Assembly: GCF_001194135.2 (NCBI RefSeq)
Contig: NC_069005.1
Coordinates: forward strand, 26,270,246 to 26,324,627
Direction of reading: 5' to 3'
Length of the DNA stretch: 54,382 nucleotides
DNA from: Octopus bimaculoides
Taxonomy: Eukaryota
This document shows, in pieces, positions 1 through 12,334 of the stretch (the first letter of the stretch is position 1; each line of letters begins with the position of its first letter). A program made the translations under genes and the position numbers. The notes below the pieces were generated by a model that searched no databases, was not told the origin of the DNA, and worked only from the letters and a program-made list of their open reading frames with translations.

Positions 1-277
1 TCCAGTTGATCCGATCAACGGAACAGCCTGCTCGTGAAATTAACGTGCAAGTGGCTGAGCATTCCACAGACACGTGTACCCTTAACGCAGTTCTCGGGGA
101 TATTCAGCGTGACACAGAGTGTGACAAGGCTGGCCCCTTTGAATTACAGGCACAACAGAAACAGGAAGTAAGAGTGAGAGAAAGTTGTGGTGAAAGAGTA
201 CAGCAGGGTTCGCCACCATCCCCTGCCGGAGCCTCGTGGAGTTTTTAGGTGTTTTCGCTCAATAAACACTCACAACG
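1..277 (-). mobile_element. tRNA-derived SINE (head H1 + tail T1), truncated
   Basis: 151-277 matches the copy at 22047-22335; 1-150 matches 8999-9193 and 27515-27710. Confidence 0.85.
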
Positions 278-898
278 GATTCGGATTTGTCGTGGATAGA
301 GACAGATAGGCTGCTTGTGTCTCTGGAATTGGTCAAGTGATGTAAACACTTCTGGTAGGACCTCGACAAGGTTCGAAAATTGATTAAAGTTGTTCATTTT
401 TTCCCCATCTATGGAGAAACACGTACCTTTGTCACGCTTATATGTCTTCTACCTAGATTTATATGTAGATGCATGTATGTGCACATATACGAACTATGTT
501 TTGTTGTGGCTATTGCAGTATTGCAGTGTTGAGTGGGGGTGGAGAGAAGGGTGAAGGTGAAGTTGGAAGTGTAGAGTGATGGAGATGCGTGACGGCTGCG
601 TGGAAATGAAGCTGGTAGAAATATTGAGAGGGGAAACGAAACAAGGCAAAAATACTCATAACCCTATCCACACACCCCTACCCTATCCACCCCCCGCTTA
701 ATCCTTATCTTTTCCCCTTATTTCCCTGCCTTCGGTCTCCAAGAAGCACTCAAGACAAGCAGCCCATGTTTTAAGGGAAACAAGATGAAATAATCTTAAA
801 ATGGAACACAGATGGTGTCATTGCTGCCAAAGAACTCTAACTAGAGAAGTGGGGGTGGGGGGTGGAGGAACATAGAATGAGAAGGGGGAAACAGAAGC

Positions 899-930
<32 letters not shown>

Positions 931-3628
931 AGAGATAGAGAGAATGAGTGAAAGAGAGGGAGAGAGTGCGAAGGTGGCGGAGGAGAGATTAAATTGTTGG
1001 CTGTAAGTGCCAAATGTTTCGAGGGGTTTCTAAGAACCTCTTTGTCTCCAGGTTTTCGCTCTNNNNNNNNNNNNNNNNNNNNNNNNNNNNNNNNNNNNNN
1101 NNNNNNNNNNNNNNNNNNNNNNNNNNNNNNNNNNNNNNNNNNNNNNNNNNNNNNNNNNNNNNNNNNNNNNNNNNNNNNNNNNNNNNNNNNNNNNNNNNNN
1201 NNNNNNNNNNNNNNNNNNNNNNNNNNNNNNNNNNNNNNNNNNNNNNNNNNNNNNNNNNNNNNNNNNNNNNNNNNNNNNNNNNNNNNNNNNNNNNNNNNNN
1301 NNNNNNNNNNNNNNNNNNNNNNNNNNNNNNNNNNNNNNNNNNNNNNNNNNNNNNNNNNNNNNNNNNNNNNNNNNNNNNNNNNNNNNNNNNNNNNNNNNNN
1401 NNNNNNNNNNNNNNNNNNNNNNNNNNNNNNNNNNNNNNNNNNNNNNNNNNNNNNNNNNNNNNNNNNNNNNNNNNNNNNNNNNNNNNNNNNNNNNNNNNNN
1501 NNNNNNNNNNNNNNNNNNNNNNNNNNNNNNNNNNNNNNNNNNNNNNNNNNNNNNNNNNNNNNNNNNNNNNNNNNNNNNNNNNNNNNNNNNNNNNNNNNNN
1601 NNNNNNNNNNNNNNNNNNNNNNNNNNNNNNNNNNNNNNNNNNNNNNNNNNNNNNNNNNNNNNNNNNNNNNNNNNNNNNNNNNNNNNNNNNNNNNNNNNNN
1701 NNNNNNNNNNNNNNNNNNNNNNNNNNNNNNNNNNNNNNNNNNNNNNNNNNNNNNNNNNNNNNNNNNNNNNNNNNNNNNNNNNNNNNNNNNNNNNNNNNNN
1801 NNNNNNNNNNNNNNNNNNNNNNNNNNNNNNNNNNNNNNNNNNNNNNNNNNNNNNNNNNNNNNNNNNNNNNNNNNNNNNNNNNNNNNNNNNNNNNNNNNNN
1901 NNNNNNNNNNNNNNNNNNNNNNNGGTGGTGGTGGTGGTGGTGGTGTGGGTTGTTGTACGCGAGGAGGAATGAGATAATGAGAAGAATGAAAAGAATGAGA
2001 TTAACAACAACAACAACAGTAAGAACAATAGAGAGGCTTGAATGGAGAGAGATAAACAGGAGAGAGAGTAGGAGGTGAGACGCTAGTGATGGTGATGGTG
2101 ATGGTGATGGTGTTGGTGGTGGCACAGAGGGAAGAGAAGAGAAGAAGGGAAGCAGCAGAGACTATAACAACAGCAAAGAAAGAAAGAACAGGAAAGAACA
2201 GCGGGGGGGGGAGGAAAAGAAAGAGGAGGAGATGGTTGTGGTATTAATGGGAAGAAGGAAGAGGAGGAGGAGAAGTAAGAGGAGAAAGAGGAAGTAGATG
2301 AAACGTGAAGGAGGAGAAAGGTGAGATTAGTGACGGCAGTGGTGGTGGTGGTGGTGATGATGGTGGCTGATGGTGTTGTTGGTGGTGGAGGTTGAGGTAN
2401 NNNNNNNNNNNNNNNNNNNNNNNNNNNNNNNNNNNNNNNNNNNNNNNNNNNNNNNNNNNNNNNNNNNNNNNNNNNNNNNNNNNNNNNNNNNNNNNNNNNN
2501 NNNNNNNNNNNNNNNNNNNNNNNNNNNNNNNNNNNNNNNNNNNNNNNNNNNNNNNNNNNNNNNNNNNNNNNNNNNNNNNNNNNNNNNNNNNNNNNNNNNN
2601 NNNNNNNNNNNNNNNNNNNCAAGGGGCTGGCTTAAAGCTTTAATTTCCCTCTCTCCGCCATCTTGCACATCTCTCTCTCTCTCTCTATTTCTCTCTAGCC
2701 CCTATCTCTTCCATATGTGATGAAAATCTTAAGATTCCGTCCGTTCCGCCGCCATTACGCCTCTGATGAAATCAAGCCTCTCTAACGCTTTGCTAAGTAT
2801 ACTACGACATACCATACCATACCATTCCATGCAATGCCACGCCATACCATGCTGCAATATACTATATCACAACATACCATTTCCATTCCATGCTGTATTA
2901 TTGCAACTACATATCAGAATCCCACCACCACCACCACCACCACCTCACCTCCATCCACCCCCACGCCTTTAAGCATCGCTTCATTTATAATGGTCTTGTC
3001 TCTCATTCCTGTTTTTGCTTTGGTATATAGCTCTCGCCATTTTTCCTCTCTCTCTCTTACTGCTTGGCTTTTGTGATGAACTCAGTGCTGAAAAGATTCA
3101 GCAATGTAATTATAAAACACACTCACTTAACACGCAAGAAGAATAAAGCTAAAAAAAAAATGAATAAGAAACAATAATAATGATAATAAAATAAAATAAA
3201 TTAAAAAGTAGCTAACTCAAAAACACCATTGACATAGATTTTAAAGCAAGAATAAGGTCTGCTGACTCATTTTAGAAGATTTCTGAAAAGTGAGATGCTT
3301 TATCTTCGGCACACCGGGCTTCATATTTCTTCTGATTCATCATATCTGCTTTCACACTCATTTTCTTATTCTCTCCTTCAACCTCTCTCTCTCTCGTTCT
3401 CTCTCGTTCTCTCTCGTTCTATATCCAATCCATCATCGCGGCTCGTCTTTTCACTTCCTACCTTTACCTCCTCATTCTCTCTTTTCTCCTCCCTTATCTC
3501 GTTCATCCCTGTTCATCAATTCCCACCGTATCATCATCATCATTCATGCCTTTATCGTTTTCACTCTTTTTTTTACCGCCTTCTCCATTGCTTTTCTGCC
3601 ATCATTTCATCTTGATTTCATTCTCTCC

Positions 3629-3663
<35 letters not shown>

Positions 3664-4335
3664 TCACTCACTCACTCTCTCACTCGATTACCCACTCACT
3701 CTCTCACTCACTTCATCTTTCATAGCCTCTCTTTCCGCGTCTCCTTATCAATTCCTCCCCCTCTCTCCTCTCTCCTCTCTCTATCCTTTCTAATTTTCCT
3801 CCTCTGTTATCTTCTTCAGTCAGTTTCTCATTTTCTTTTTATCACTCACTCCTCTCACCCTCACTCGTCTTCCTCTCTCTCTTCCGGTTTCTATGTCTCC
3901 GTTATTCATCTCTGCTACTCATCTCTTATCTTTCACAACCTCTGCTTCTCATCATATTTTTTCTAACATTTTTCCTGCCATCCTCCATCTCATTAACTTT
4001 CTCTTTTTCTCCCTATTTTACTCTTACCCCTTCTCCTGTTCAGCATCTCCCTTTCTCCCTCTTTATTACATTCTCACTCCTCTTCCCGGAACCACTAACT
4101 CTCTCTTTTCCCTTTCATTCTCTGTAGTTTTTTTTCTTTTCTTTCATAGTTCAGAGCTATCGTCTGCTTTCAATCAATTCTTCTCGTTGCCATTACGTGG
4201 TATGCCAACGGCACCATCAATCTCTTACCAACAAACACATTGATAAAGGAACCGTTCATCTCTTCTGAAAGCATTACAGTGCAGAAAATCAGCACGTGAA
4301 TTCATACATACATACATGTATGCATGTATATCTAT

Positions 4336-4535
4336 TATCTTTTGTCCTTTATTTGTATCAATCATTAGATTGAGGCCATGCTGGGGCACTGCCTTGAAGA
4401 ATTTTAGTACATTTTTTTAAAGCCTGGAACTTATTTAATCGGTCGATTTTACCGAACCGTTAAGTTATGGAGATGTAAAAACCAACGCAGGTTGTCAAGT
4501 AGTGGTGGAGGACAAACAGATACAAAGACACACAC
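4336..4535 (-). mobile_element. Family B SINE 3' half, diverged
   Basis: GGCCATGCTGGGGCAC...CCGAACCG...GGTTGTCAAG...GGACAAACA. Confidence 0.75.
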
Positions 4536-4599
4536 AAGCACACACATACCTCGCCTTGTATATATACATGTGTGTGTGTGTGTGTGTGTCCTTGTTTTC

Positions 4600-6260
4600 G
4601 TATACATTCGCTGCTTTCTTCCAGGGAATCTAGTGCTCTTAGCTTAGTTTTTCCTTGGCGCTGGCCAGATTGGAGCAATCTCGAGTATAACCAGTCGAAA
4701 TTGCAAAGATAATCTGGAACTTTTAATGTGTTTTAGAGATAGTTTTAATAAAATATTTTTTTAATAAGTTACTCAAACGGTGGGTTTCACATTTTGGGTT
4801 AACTAGTGTTAGTCTTAATTTTAAATCGTTTGGTAATATAGCATTAATACATATGCTTGTGAATTCTTATGTTCGTTTTGCGAATTATTAGTAAGCCATA
4901 GAATTATTGGTAAGCCAATATTGCGAATTATTGGTAAGCCATAGAAAATACTAGATTTGCATTTGAAAATAGTTGTGTAATTATTTCTTTATCTGTCAAT
5001 CATTTTCGGTAAATGTAGTTGTAAGATTTTACATTGCTTTCCGTTGGTTGTTGCTTACAACTGTTTTTGTTGTGTATATCACCTTCAAGATTGGAGAATT
5101 CTAAATTTTTATAATATTCAGTTTTCGACCGTATGTCCACAAACGCTTTATCTATTTTGTTACTTGTCAACTCGTTGTCATTTTTTTTTTCAATTCAATT
5201 TTGTTTTTTCCATTCAGAAGTGTTGAAATTAGACTTAATTCTGTATTTATATATGACGTTTATTAAAAACCTAGTATTCTCGTTGAAGAGTTTTGTCAAA
5301 CAGCAGAAAATCGACGCCGTGTTGTCTTTCTCCTACGTCACCAACTTGAACTAGTCTACATTTAACGTGATTCAACTCACCCAGTCAATGGACTGTTAAA
5401 TGAGGACATATTAAACTGAAGTAATACACTGATCTTCTGATTCTTTTTCCTCGGACTTGGTCTGACTCTTGTCTCGTCTCATCTTGTGTCTATTTTTACA
5501 CGTATTTTTCTAGTGACCGAGTCTTGTTCTCACTACTGTTTAGAGAAATTATTCTGCTAGTAATAACTTACAACCACGATACCAATTGGAATTATTTGTT
5601 TCTCTAGCTATTTATTCGATTAGATATATCTATATCTTTATCAGATTTCTTAATCAATTCGTTGTCATTTTTTCCTTTTTCAATTCAATTCTGCTTTTCC
5701 ATCCAGAAGAACTGAAGTTTGACCTAAATATTTATACATGGCCTTATATAGAAATTTTAAATGTAGTCACAAGAACCAAATGTTTTATTTCTACCTCTCG
5801 GTGAAAAGTAATTGTTTTTGTTCCTAACAAGCGATTCATCATCGTTACTATTATATATGTGCGAGGTGCAATTTTCTACAAAACTCTGAAGTGTCGTCTT
5901 TAATTTCATTCTAAATATATCTCCAAGGGTAAATTTTAGTCCTTTTACCAGTATATCGATTTGTTGTATTGTTCCGGTCTTCTTTGATGAATTTATTACA
6001 TTTGGTTTTCTCGGCGTGTTATACTCTTCCACTGGTCAGGGTATAAAACAATGGTAACGGTAATTTCGTTGGTTGGAGCGATTAGTATTTCCAACCTTAT
6101 TAGTGTAGTTTGAAGTGTGATTTTGTTGTCGAAGATTATTAAATGTACTTACAGATCCCATGTTTCTTTCATGGATGCGATTCAAATTATTTCTTTGTAT
6201 TACTCACTGCTGGAGAAAAAATGGATGCCTTCTTGTTGATGTATTTCTAATATGTGAGTT
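4600..6260 (-). mobile_element. Decayed Penelope-like retroelement RT region (two overlapping fragments)
   Basis: Minus-strand peptides QQIDILVKGLKF (~LLSKGLKF), ELIKKSDKD (~IIKPADKG) and FYGLPIIR at 4921-4948 (~FYGLPKIHK), with many stops and frameshifts. Confidence 0.7.
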
Positions 6261-8092
6261 CAAAAATGTTTTGAAGGAAACAAAAGTGAAGATCTATGCA
6301 GAAACGACTAAACTACTCTGAAGATCAAATTATAAACGTTTCTGAACAATACAACAACAACAAAAAAAGACCAACTTTTCATTTCAAAGTAAATCGTTTT
6401 CAAAGCAGAAACAGGAACAACTCACAAAGAGATAGAAATACATGGAAAAGAGAAAATTTCACAAGCTACTATGAACATACACACACACACATACACACAC
6501 CACACACACACACGCCCACNNNNNNNNNNNNNNNNNNNNNNNNNNNNNNNNNNNNNNNNNNNNNNNNNNNNNNNNNNNNNNNNNNNNNNNNNNNNNNNNN
6601 NATATGTATGTGCATATATATGTATGTATGTGCATATATATGTATGTATGTGCATATATATGTATGTATGTATATATATATATATATATATGTATGTATA
6701 TATATGTGTATATATATGTATGTATGTGTATATATATATATATATATATACACATACAGGTGGGGGGGAGAGAAACAGATATATAGACACTCATAACCCA
6801 AACCACGCCTATATTCGTACATACAAACACACACACATACCCACACACGTACATACACACAAACCGACACATTCACGCACTCACACACTCACACATATGC
6901 AAGAAAATGCGTGCACGCACACACCCGCACACAAAGCCACACACACATACACATGCACACAAATAGTCACATTCACACACATCCTTCTTTTATTATTATT
7001 TTTCTCCGGACATTGTACTCATTACATAACCTCCAGACGTTTCACCAATGTTTCCACTTTACAATTTATTTTATGCTTTTTTTTTTTTCATTAAGTATTA
7101 TGTTTTTCGTCCGTGTTTATTTCTCCAATTCCACATTCTTCTTTCTTCCCTTCCACCTCACACACGCACCTGCCAAATCCTCACCNNNNNNNNNNNNNNN
7201 NNNNNNNNNNNNNNNNNNNNNNNNNNNNNNNNNNNNNNNNNNNNNNNNNNNNNNNNNNNNNNNNNNNNNNNNNNNNNNNNNNNNNNNNNNNNNNNNNNNN
7301 NNNNNNNNNNNNNNNNNNNNNNNNNNNNNNNNNNNNNNNNNNNNNNNNNNNNNNNNNNNNNNNNNNNNNNNNNNNNNNNNNNNNNNNNNNNNNNNNNNNN
7401 NNNNNNNNNNNNNNNNNNNNNNNNNNNNNNNNNNNNNNNNNNNNNNNNNNNNNNNNNNNNNNNNNNNNNNNNNNNNNNNNNNNNNNNNNNNNNNNNNNNN
7501 NNNNNNNNNNNNNNNNNNNNNNNNNNNNNNNNNNNNNNNNNNNNNNNNNNNNNNNNNNNNNNNNNNNNNNNNNNNNNNNNNNNNNNNNNNNNNNNNNNNN
7601 NNNNNNNNNNNNNNNNNNNNNNNNNNNNNNNNNNNNNNNNNNNNNNNNNNNNNNNNNNNNNNNNNNNNNNNNNNNNNNNNNNNNNNNNNNNNNNNNNNNN
7701 NNNNNNNNNNNNNNNNNNNNNNNNNNNNNNNNNNNNNNNNNNNNNNNNNNNNNNNNNNNNNNNNNNNNNNNNNNNNNNNNNNNNNNNNNNNNNNNNNNNN
7801 NNNNNNNNNNNNNNNNNNNNNNNNNNNNNNNNNNNNNNNNNNNNNNNNNNNNNNNNNNNNNNNNNNNNNNNNNNNNNNNNNNNNNNNNNNNNNNNNNNNN
7901 NNNNNNNNNNNNNNNNNNNNNNNNNNNNNNNNNNNNNNNNNNNNNNNNNNNNNNNNNNNNNNNNNNNNNNNNNNNNNNNNNNNNNNNNNNNNNNNNNNNN
8001 NNNNNNNNNNNNNNNNNNNNNNNNNNNNNNNNNNNNNNNNNNNNNNNNNNNNNNNNNNNNNNNNNNNNNNNNNTATATATATGTATATATGA

Positions 8093-8242
8093 GTGTTGGA
8101 GTGTTTACATCTCCGTACACCTAACAGTTCGGCAAAAAAGGATCGATAGAATAAGTACTGGGGTTCGATTCATTCGTCTAAAAATCTTTCAAGGCTGTGC
8201 CCCAGCATGGCCGCAGTCTAATGACTGAAACAGGTAAGAGAT
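8093..8242 (+). mobile_element. Family B SINE 3' end
   Basis: CCCCAGCATGGCCGCAGTCTAATGACTGAAACAGGTAAGAG. Confidence 0.8.
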
Positions 8243-8540
8243 ATTAATATAAAAATAAAAGATATCTTGCCGTGTCTTCAGTAGATATTTAATAACAGAA
8301 ACCTATATTGCGAAATTGTAGAAGCCTTATTATTTGTCGTATCATCTGTCGGCGTTTGCTATGACAGGAAAATGACATTTTGATAACGTCTCCGGTGCTA
8401 TATCTACTTGAGTTCGCTTAAACTTTCTCAAAAGTTCAACTGAACCAGTTGGAATATTGAGACAGTAATTATGCTTTGTTATTCAGCACTCTTTTCCATA
8501 CAAAGCTTCAATATTCTTTTCTAACAGTCCCTTTCAGTAA

Positions 8541-8665
8541 GGTGACGAGCTGGCAGAATCGTTAATACACCGGGCAAAATGCTTAGCGGCATTTCGTCCG
8601 TCATGAGTTCAAATTCTGAGTTCAAATTCCGTCTGAGTTTGACTTTGCGTTTTATCCTTTCATCC
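8541..8665 (+). mobile_element. Family A SINE, 3'-truncated
   Basis: GACGAGCTGGCAGAATCGTTA head, with a duplicated GAGTTCAAATTC B-box. Confidence 0.8.
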
Positions 8666-8680
8666 TGAAAAAGATAGAAC

Positions 8681-8722
<42 letters not shown>

Positions 8723-8820
8723 ATAAAAGTAGAATTCTACCTTTACAGTTTTTTTAGCTGGAAAATAATACCATTGTATTGCAATAATATTTATAATTTT
8801 AACATAAAACATCTTCAGTG

Positions 8821-8896
8821 AACCTTGCTGAAGAAGACTAACCAGATTTATGATAACAAACGTATTCTGGAAAGTCCGAAACTCGAGTACTAGGTT
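8821..8896 (+). ncRNA. Minimal type I hammerhead ribozyme motif (Penelope pLTR type)
   Basis: Stem I AACCTTG/CTAGGTT (6 of 7 pairs), CTGAAGA 8828-8834, stem II GACT/AGTC plus CCAGA/TCTGG, GAAA 8878-8881, palindromic stem III ACTCGAGT, GUA cleavage triplet ending at 8889. The 10.1-11.1 position is an A.C mismatch. Confidence 0.75.
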
Positions 8897-8998
8897 ATCC
8901 ATTCTAGGTTGTCCATTTATCCGGCATTCTTCCTAGAGGTAAGACAAAAAATTTTATCGAAAAAATAAGTACCCTTTGGACTTTTGGAGTGATACATT

Positions 8999-9193
8999 AG
9001 TACTGTATTTCAAAAGGCCAGCCTCGTCACAGCCTGTGTCAAAACTGTTAAGAGTACGCGCATGTTTGTAGAGTACCCGTAAAGGGTACACATATCTGTG
9101 GAGCGCTCAGCCACATGCACGTTAATTTCACGAGCTGGCTGTTCCGTTGATCGGATCAACTGAAACCCACATCGCCGTAACCGACGGAGGACC
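8999..9193 (+). mobile_element. SINE tail T1 (5'-truncated)
   Basis: Reverse complement of 1-150 (...TTCCGTTGATCGGATCAACTG...). Confidence 0.85.
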
Positions 9194-10114
9194 AGTTATT
9201 TTAGTAAGGAACACGTTGCTGTTGCGTGATCCGTTCTTTATTCTATTCTCATCCTTAGTAATTAGAAACTGATATTTGTATCTCTAAGAATATTTTTCGA
9301 CAGCCTTTTTTCTTTATTTTTTTCTTTACACATTCTGTGAGATATTATCTACTCACAAGTCAGCTTTTCTAGCCAATATTTTGTAAACATTTTACCGGTT
9401 ATCATTCAGGAAGTGTTATATAATTCTCGAAAGCCTATCTGATAGCGAGTTGTTCATACAATCTTTCTTCTTCTAAGCAGGGTCTCAATGGATTTAAGAA
9501 CTTGAATTCAGATTATTCTAGTTTGTAGATTGATATCCCTGGTTATGTAGTACACATTCGTTCTCTGGAGAGGAAATGATTTCCTTTGAAAGCATCAATA
9601 TAAAGATTATGGAAATAGAGATCACAAAAGTAGGCGAAATCAATTGTAGAGACGTAACACAATATCATATTAAATCCGGTCATAAACAAATTTAAAACAA
9701 AAGCTCTCTGTTTAGACGGTAGATATTCATCTAAGTTTTTATTATTACAGTTCGGGGTTAAAGTTTAGCCTTAAGTTTGCAAGGTTATAATTTATGGTTT
9801 ACGTATATGTTACGATTATGCTGTTGAAATTTAATAACTGTTTTATTTTACTTAAATTTAAACCTTTCTTCTTCAACTGATGGGGCCTGCTATTTCATAA
9901 CGTTTAAGTATTTCATTCCGAAAGTCAGTCTTTTAAAAGGCGTTCCGATAAAGTATTAGTGAAGTACTGAGTTGATGTAATCGAGTAACACCCTTCCATC
10001 AAATATGAGATCTTATTTCAGAAAAAAATATGAATCAGTGGTCGTGCTCTACTATTTCCGTAAACACGAAATCTCGTAACGTGACGTGGCTGTAAAGCGA
10101 GGCACCTCCATATT

Positions 10115-10351
10115 CTTTTATTTTATTTTTTTACTTGTTACTCAGTCATTAGGCTGCGGCAATGCCGGGGCGTCGCCTTCAAAAACTTTTAGTCTACTGA
10201 ATCGACACTCAGTAGTATTTTTTTTTTTTCTTTTTAGAGCCTAGCACTTATACTATCGATCTCCTCTACCGAACCGCTAGTTTACGAGGACGTAAACACA
10301 CCAACACCGGTTGTCAAGCAGTGATGCCGGGACAAACACAGACGCAAAGAC
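10115..10351 (-). mobile_element. Family B SINE 3' half
   Basis: Matches 30386-30590. A plus-strand head fragment of the same family follows at 10412-10445. Confidence 0.8.
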
Positions 10352-11018
10352 CCCGTCTCATATATATATATATATATATATATAATTCAAAGGTAAAAAA
10401 ACAACAAGTGTCTTAGGCAAGTGTCTTCTACTATAGCCTCAGGGGCTTANNNNNNNNNNNNNNNNNNNNNNNNNNNNNNNNNNNNNNNNNNNNNNNNNNN
10501 NNNNNNNNNNNNNNNNNNNNNNNNNNNNNNNNNNNNNNNNNNNNNNNNNNNNNNNNNNNNNNNNNNNNNNNNNNNNNNNNNNNNNNNNNNNNNNNNNNNN
10601 NNNNNNNNNNNNNNNNNNNNNNNNNNNNNNNNNNNNNNNNNNNNNNNNNNNNNNNNNNNNNNNNNNNNNNNNNNNNNNNNNNNNNNNNNNNNNNNNNNNN
10701 NNNNNNNNNNNNNNNNNNNNNNNNNNNNNNNNNNNNNNNNNNNNNNNNNNNNNNNNNNNNNNNNNNNNNNNNNNNNNNNNNNNNNNNNNNNNNNNNNNNN
10801 NNNNNNNNNNNNNNNNNNNNNNNNNNNNNNNNNNNNNNNNNNNNNNNNNNNNNNNNNNNNNNNNNNNNNNNNNNNNNNNNNNNNNNNNNNNNNNNNNNNN
10901 NNNNNNNNNNNNNNNNNNNNNNNNNNNNNNNNNNNNNNNNNNNNNNNNNNNNNNNNNNNNNNNNNNNNNNNNNNNNNNNNNNNNNNNNNNNNNNNNNNNN
11001 NNNNNNNNNNNNNNNNNN

Positions 11019-11064
<46 letters not shown>

Positions 11065-11247
11065 AATTAAAAGAATAAAAGAATAATTCCGTAAAAATAA
11101 TTGTTACGTTTCAACTACGTCATAAGAGACTTTGTAATATATAATCAGTTGAGAGCTTTCAGTGAGCCTTAAGCCGACTTTTCACCGTTTCATGAAACTT
11201 TAATAAATAAGCTGCTAAAGAAATTTGGACATCTTATTGGAATAACA

Positions 11248-12057
11248 ATGTCACTTAATCTTGTTACTCACAAGTTGTCTGCTCTATATGAAGCCGAAAA
11301 TCATCAGAAGAAAGTTAAGAATTATTTCGAATGCCATGATTTTAGAAGTGATGATCGTCTGACTTTGGTCAATTGGATGTTAGCTTGCGTCGATCGTTAC
11401 AAGGCATCTAAGGAAGTCTTTCACTTGGCTGTTTCATTATTTGATTTATTCATGTCTTGCAAAAAATTACCACGGATTTCCATAGAAAAACTGCAATGCA
11501 TCGCGACATGCTGTCTCTCGGTTTCATTCGAAATGGTATACAAAGGGAAAACGTCTGATGCGCAGGAGCTTGTGAATTTGGTGTCAAGCGTCGACCCCGA
11601 GTCGACAAAAGAACAGCTTAAAATGGTACGCAGTTTGATCTCTGAACATTTCAATATTAGGAAATTAATTATTACTCCGTATACTTTCTTTAATTACTTC
11701 CGCGTTATTCTCAAATTAAAACCGACCCACGACTTGTATTGTATAACCAATTATATATTAGAACTATCACATTATGATGACATCATTTGTGTGAGATCTC
11801 AATACAAACCGAGCCTTATAGCGACAGCTGCTATCCACACAGGACTAATAGCTTTGAAGCTTCATTACGAATGGCTTTCTGATTTATCAGTTCTAACTCC
11901 CTACACTGGAGAAGAGAAAGAGTTAATACTTCTTCATAAGCGTATGTTGGAGTTACTCAAAGCAGCTTCTAAAGAAACGAAATATAGTTCAGCGCAAGCA
12001 AGATACTATAGAGAAGAAAACAACTGTGTTGCTCAGATTGACTATTCAAACGTTTAA
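11248..12057 (+). CDS. Intronless divergent A/B-type cyclin-fold protein (269 aa; N- and C-terminal cyclin boxes)
   Basis: DRLTLVNWML ~ MRAILVDWL; YKASKEVFHLAVSLFDLFMS ~ YKLQNETLHLAVNYIDRFLS; KLQCIATCCL ~ KLQLVGTAAM; YILELS and YKPSLIATAA ~ FLGELS and YLPSVIAGAA of the second cyclin box. ACAATG start context, in-frame TAA upstream at 11170-11172, AATAAA at 12056-12061. Confidence 0.9.
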   Translation: MSLNLVTHKLSALYEAENHQKKVKNYFECHDFRSDDRLTLVNWMLACVDRYKASKEVFHLAVSLFDLFMSCKKLPRISIEKLQCIATCCLSVSFEMVYKGKTSDAQELVNLVSSVDPESTKEQLKMVRSLISEHFNIRKLIITPYTFFNYFRVILKLKPTHDLYCITNYILELSHYDDIICVRSQYKPSLIATAAIHTGLIALKLHYEWLSDLSVLTPYTGEEKELILLHKRMLELLKAASKETKYSSAQARYYREENNCVAQIDYSNV

Positions 12058-12061
12058 TAAA
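12056..12061 (+). terminator. Candidate polyadenylation signal AATAAA overlapping the cyclin stop codon
   Basis: ...GTT TAA TAA AAC: stop TAA at 12055-12057 and AATAAA at 12056-12061. Use is unverified. Confidence 0.4.
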
Positions 12062-12334
12062 ACTTTGTAAATTTTCTGACTTGTCTCCATATTGTAGAAG
12101 TATTAAACACACGGACACACACATGCACACACTAACACAATCACACTCACATAACATTATCTACATACAACAGAGATTGATTGTTGCGATTATTACGTTT
12201 GGACGAACTGTACATATTATAAAAGCACAGAAAGAGAAAAGTACATACATACATACATACATACATACATACATACATACATACATACATACATACATAC
12301 ATACATGCATGCATGCATGCATGCATGCATGCAT

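Noticed and set aside
6296-6480. Basic, Asn-rich reading frame before a microsatellite
   Set aside because: No recognisable family motif; it runs into (CA)n and a gap.
9250-9700. Possible L2/CR1 3' ORF2 remnant on the minus strand
   Set aside because: Only vague similarity (ETLLRRRK); no diagnostic motif.
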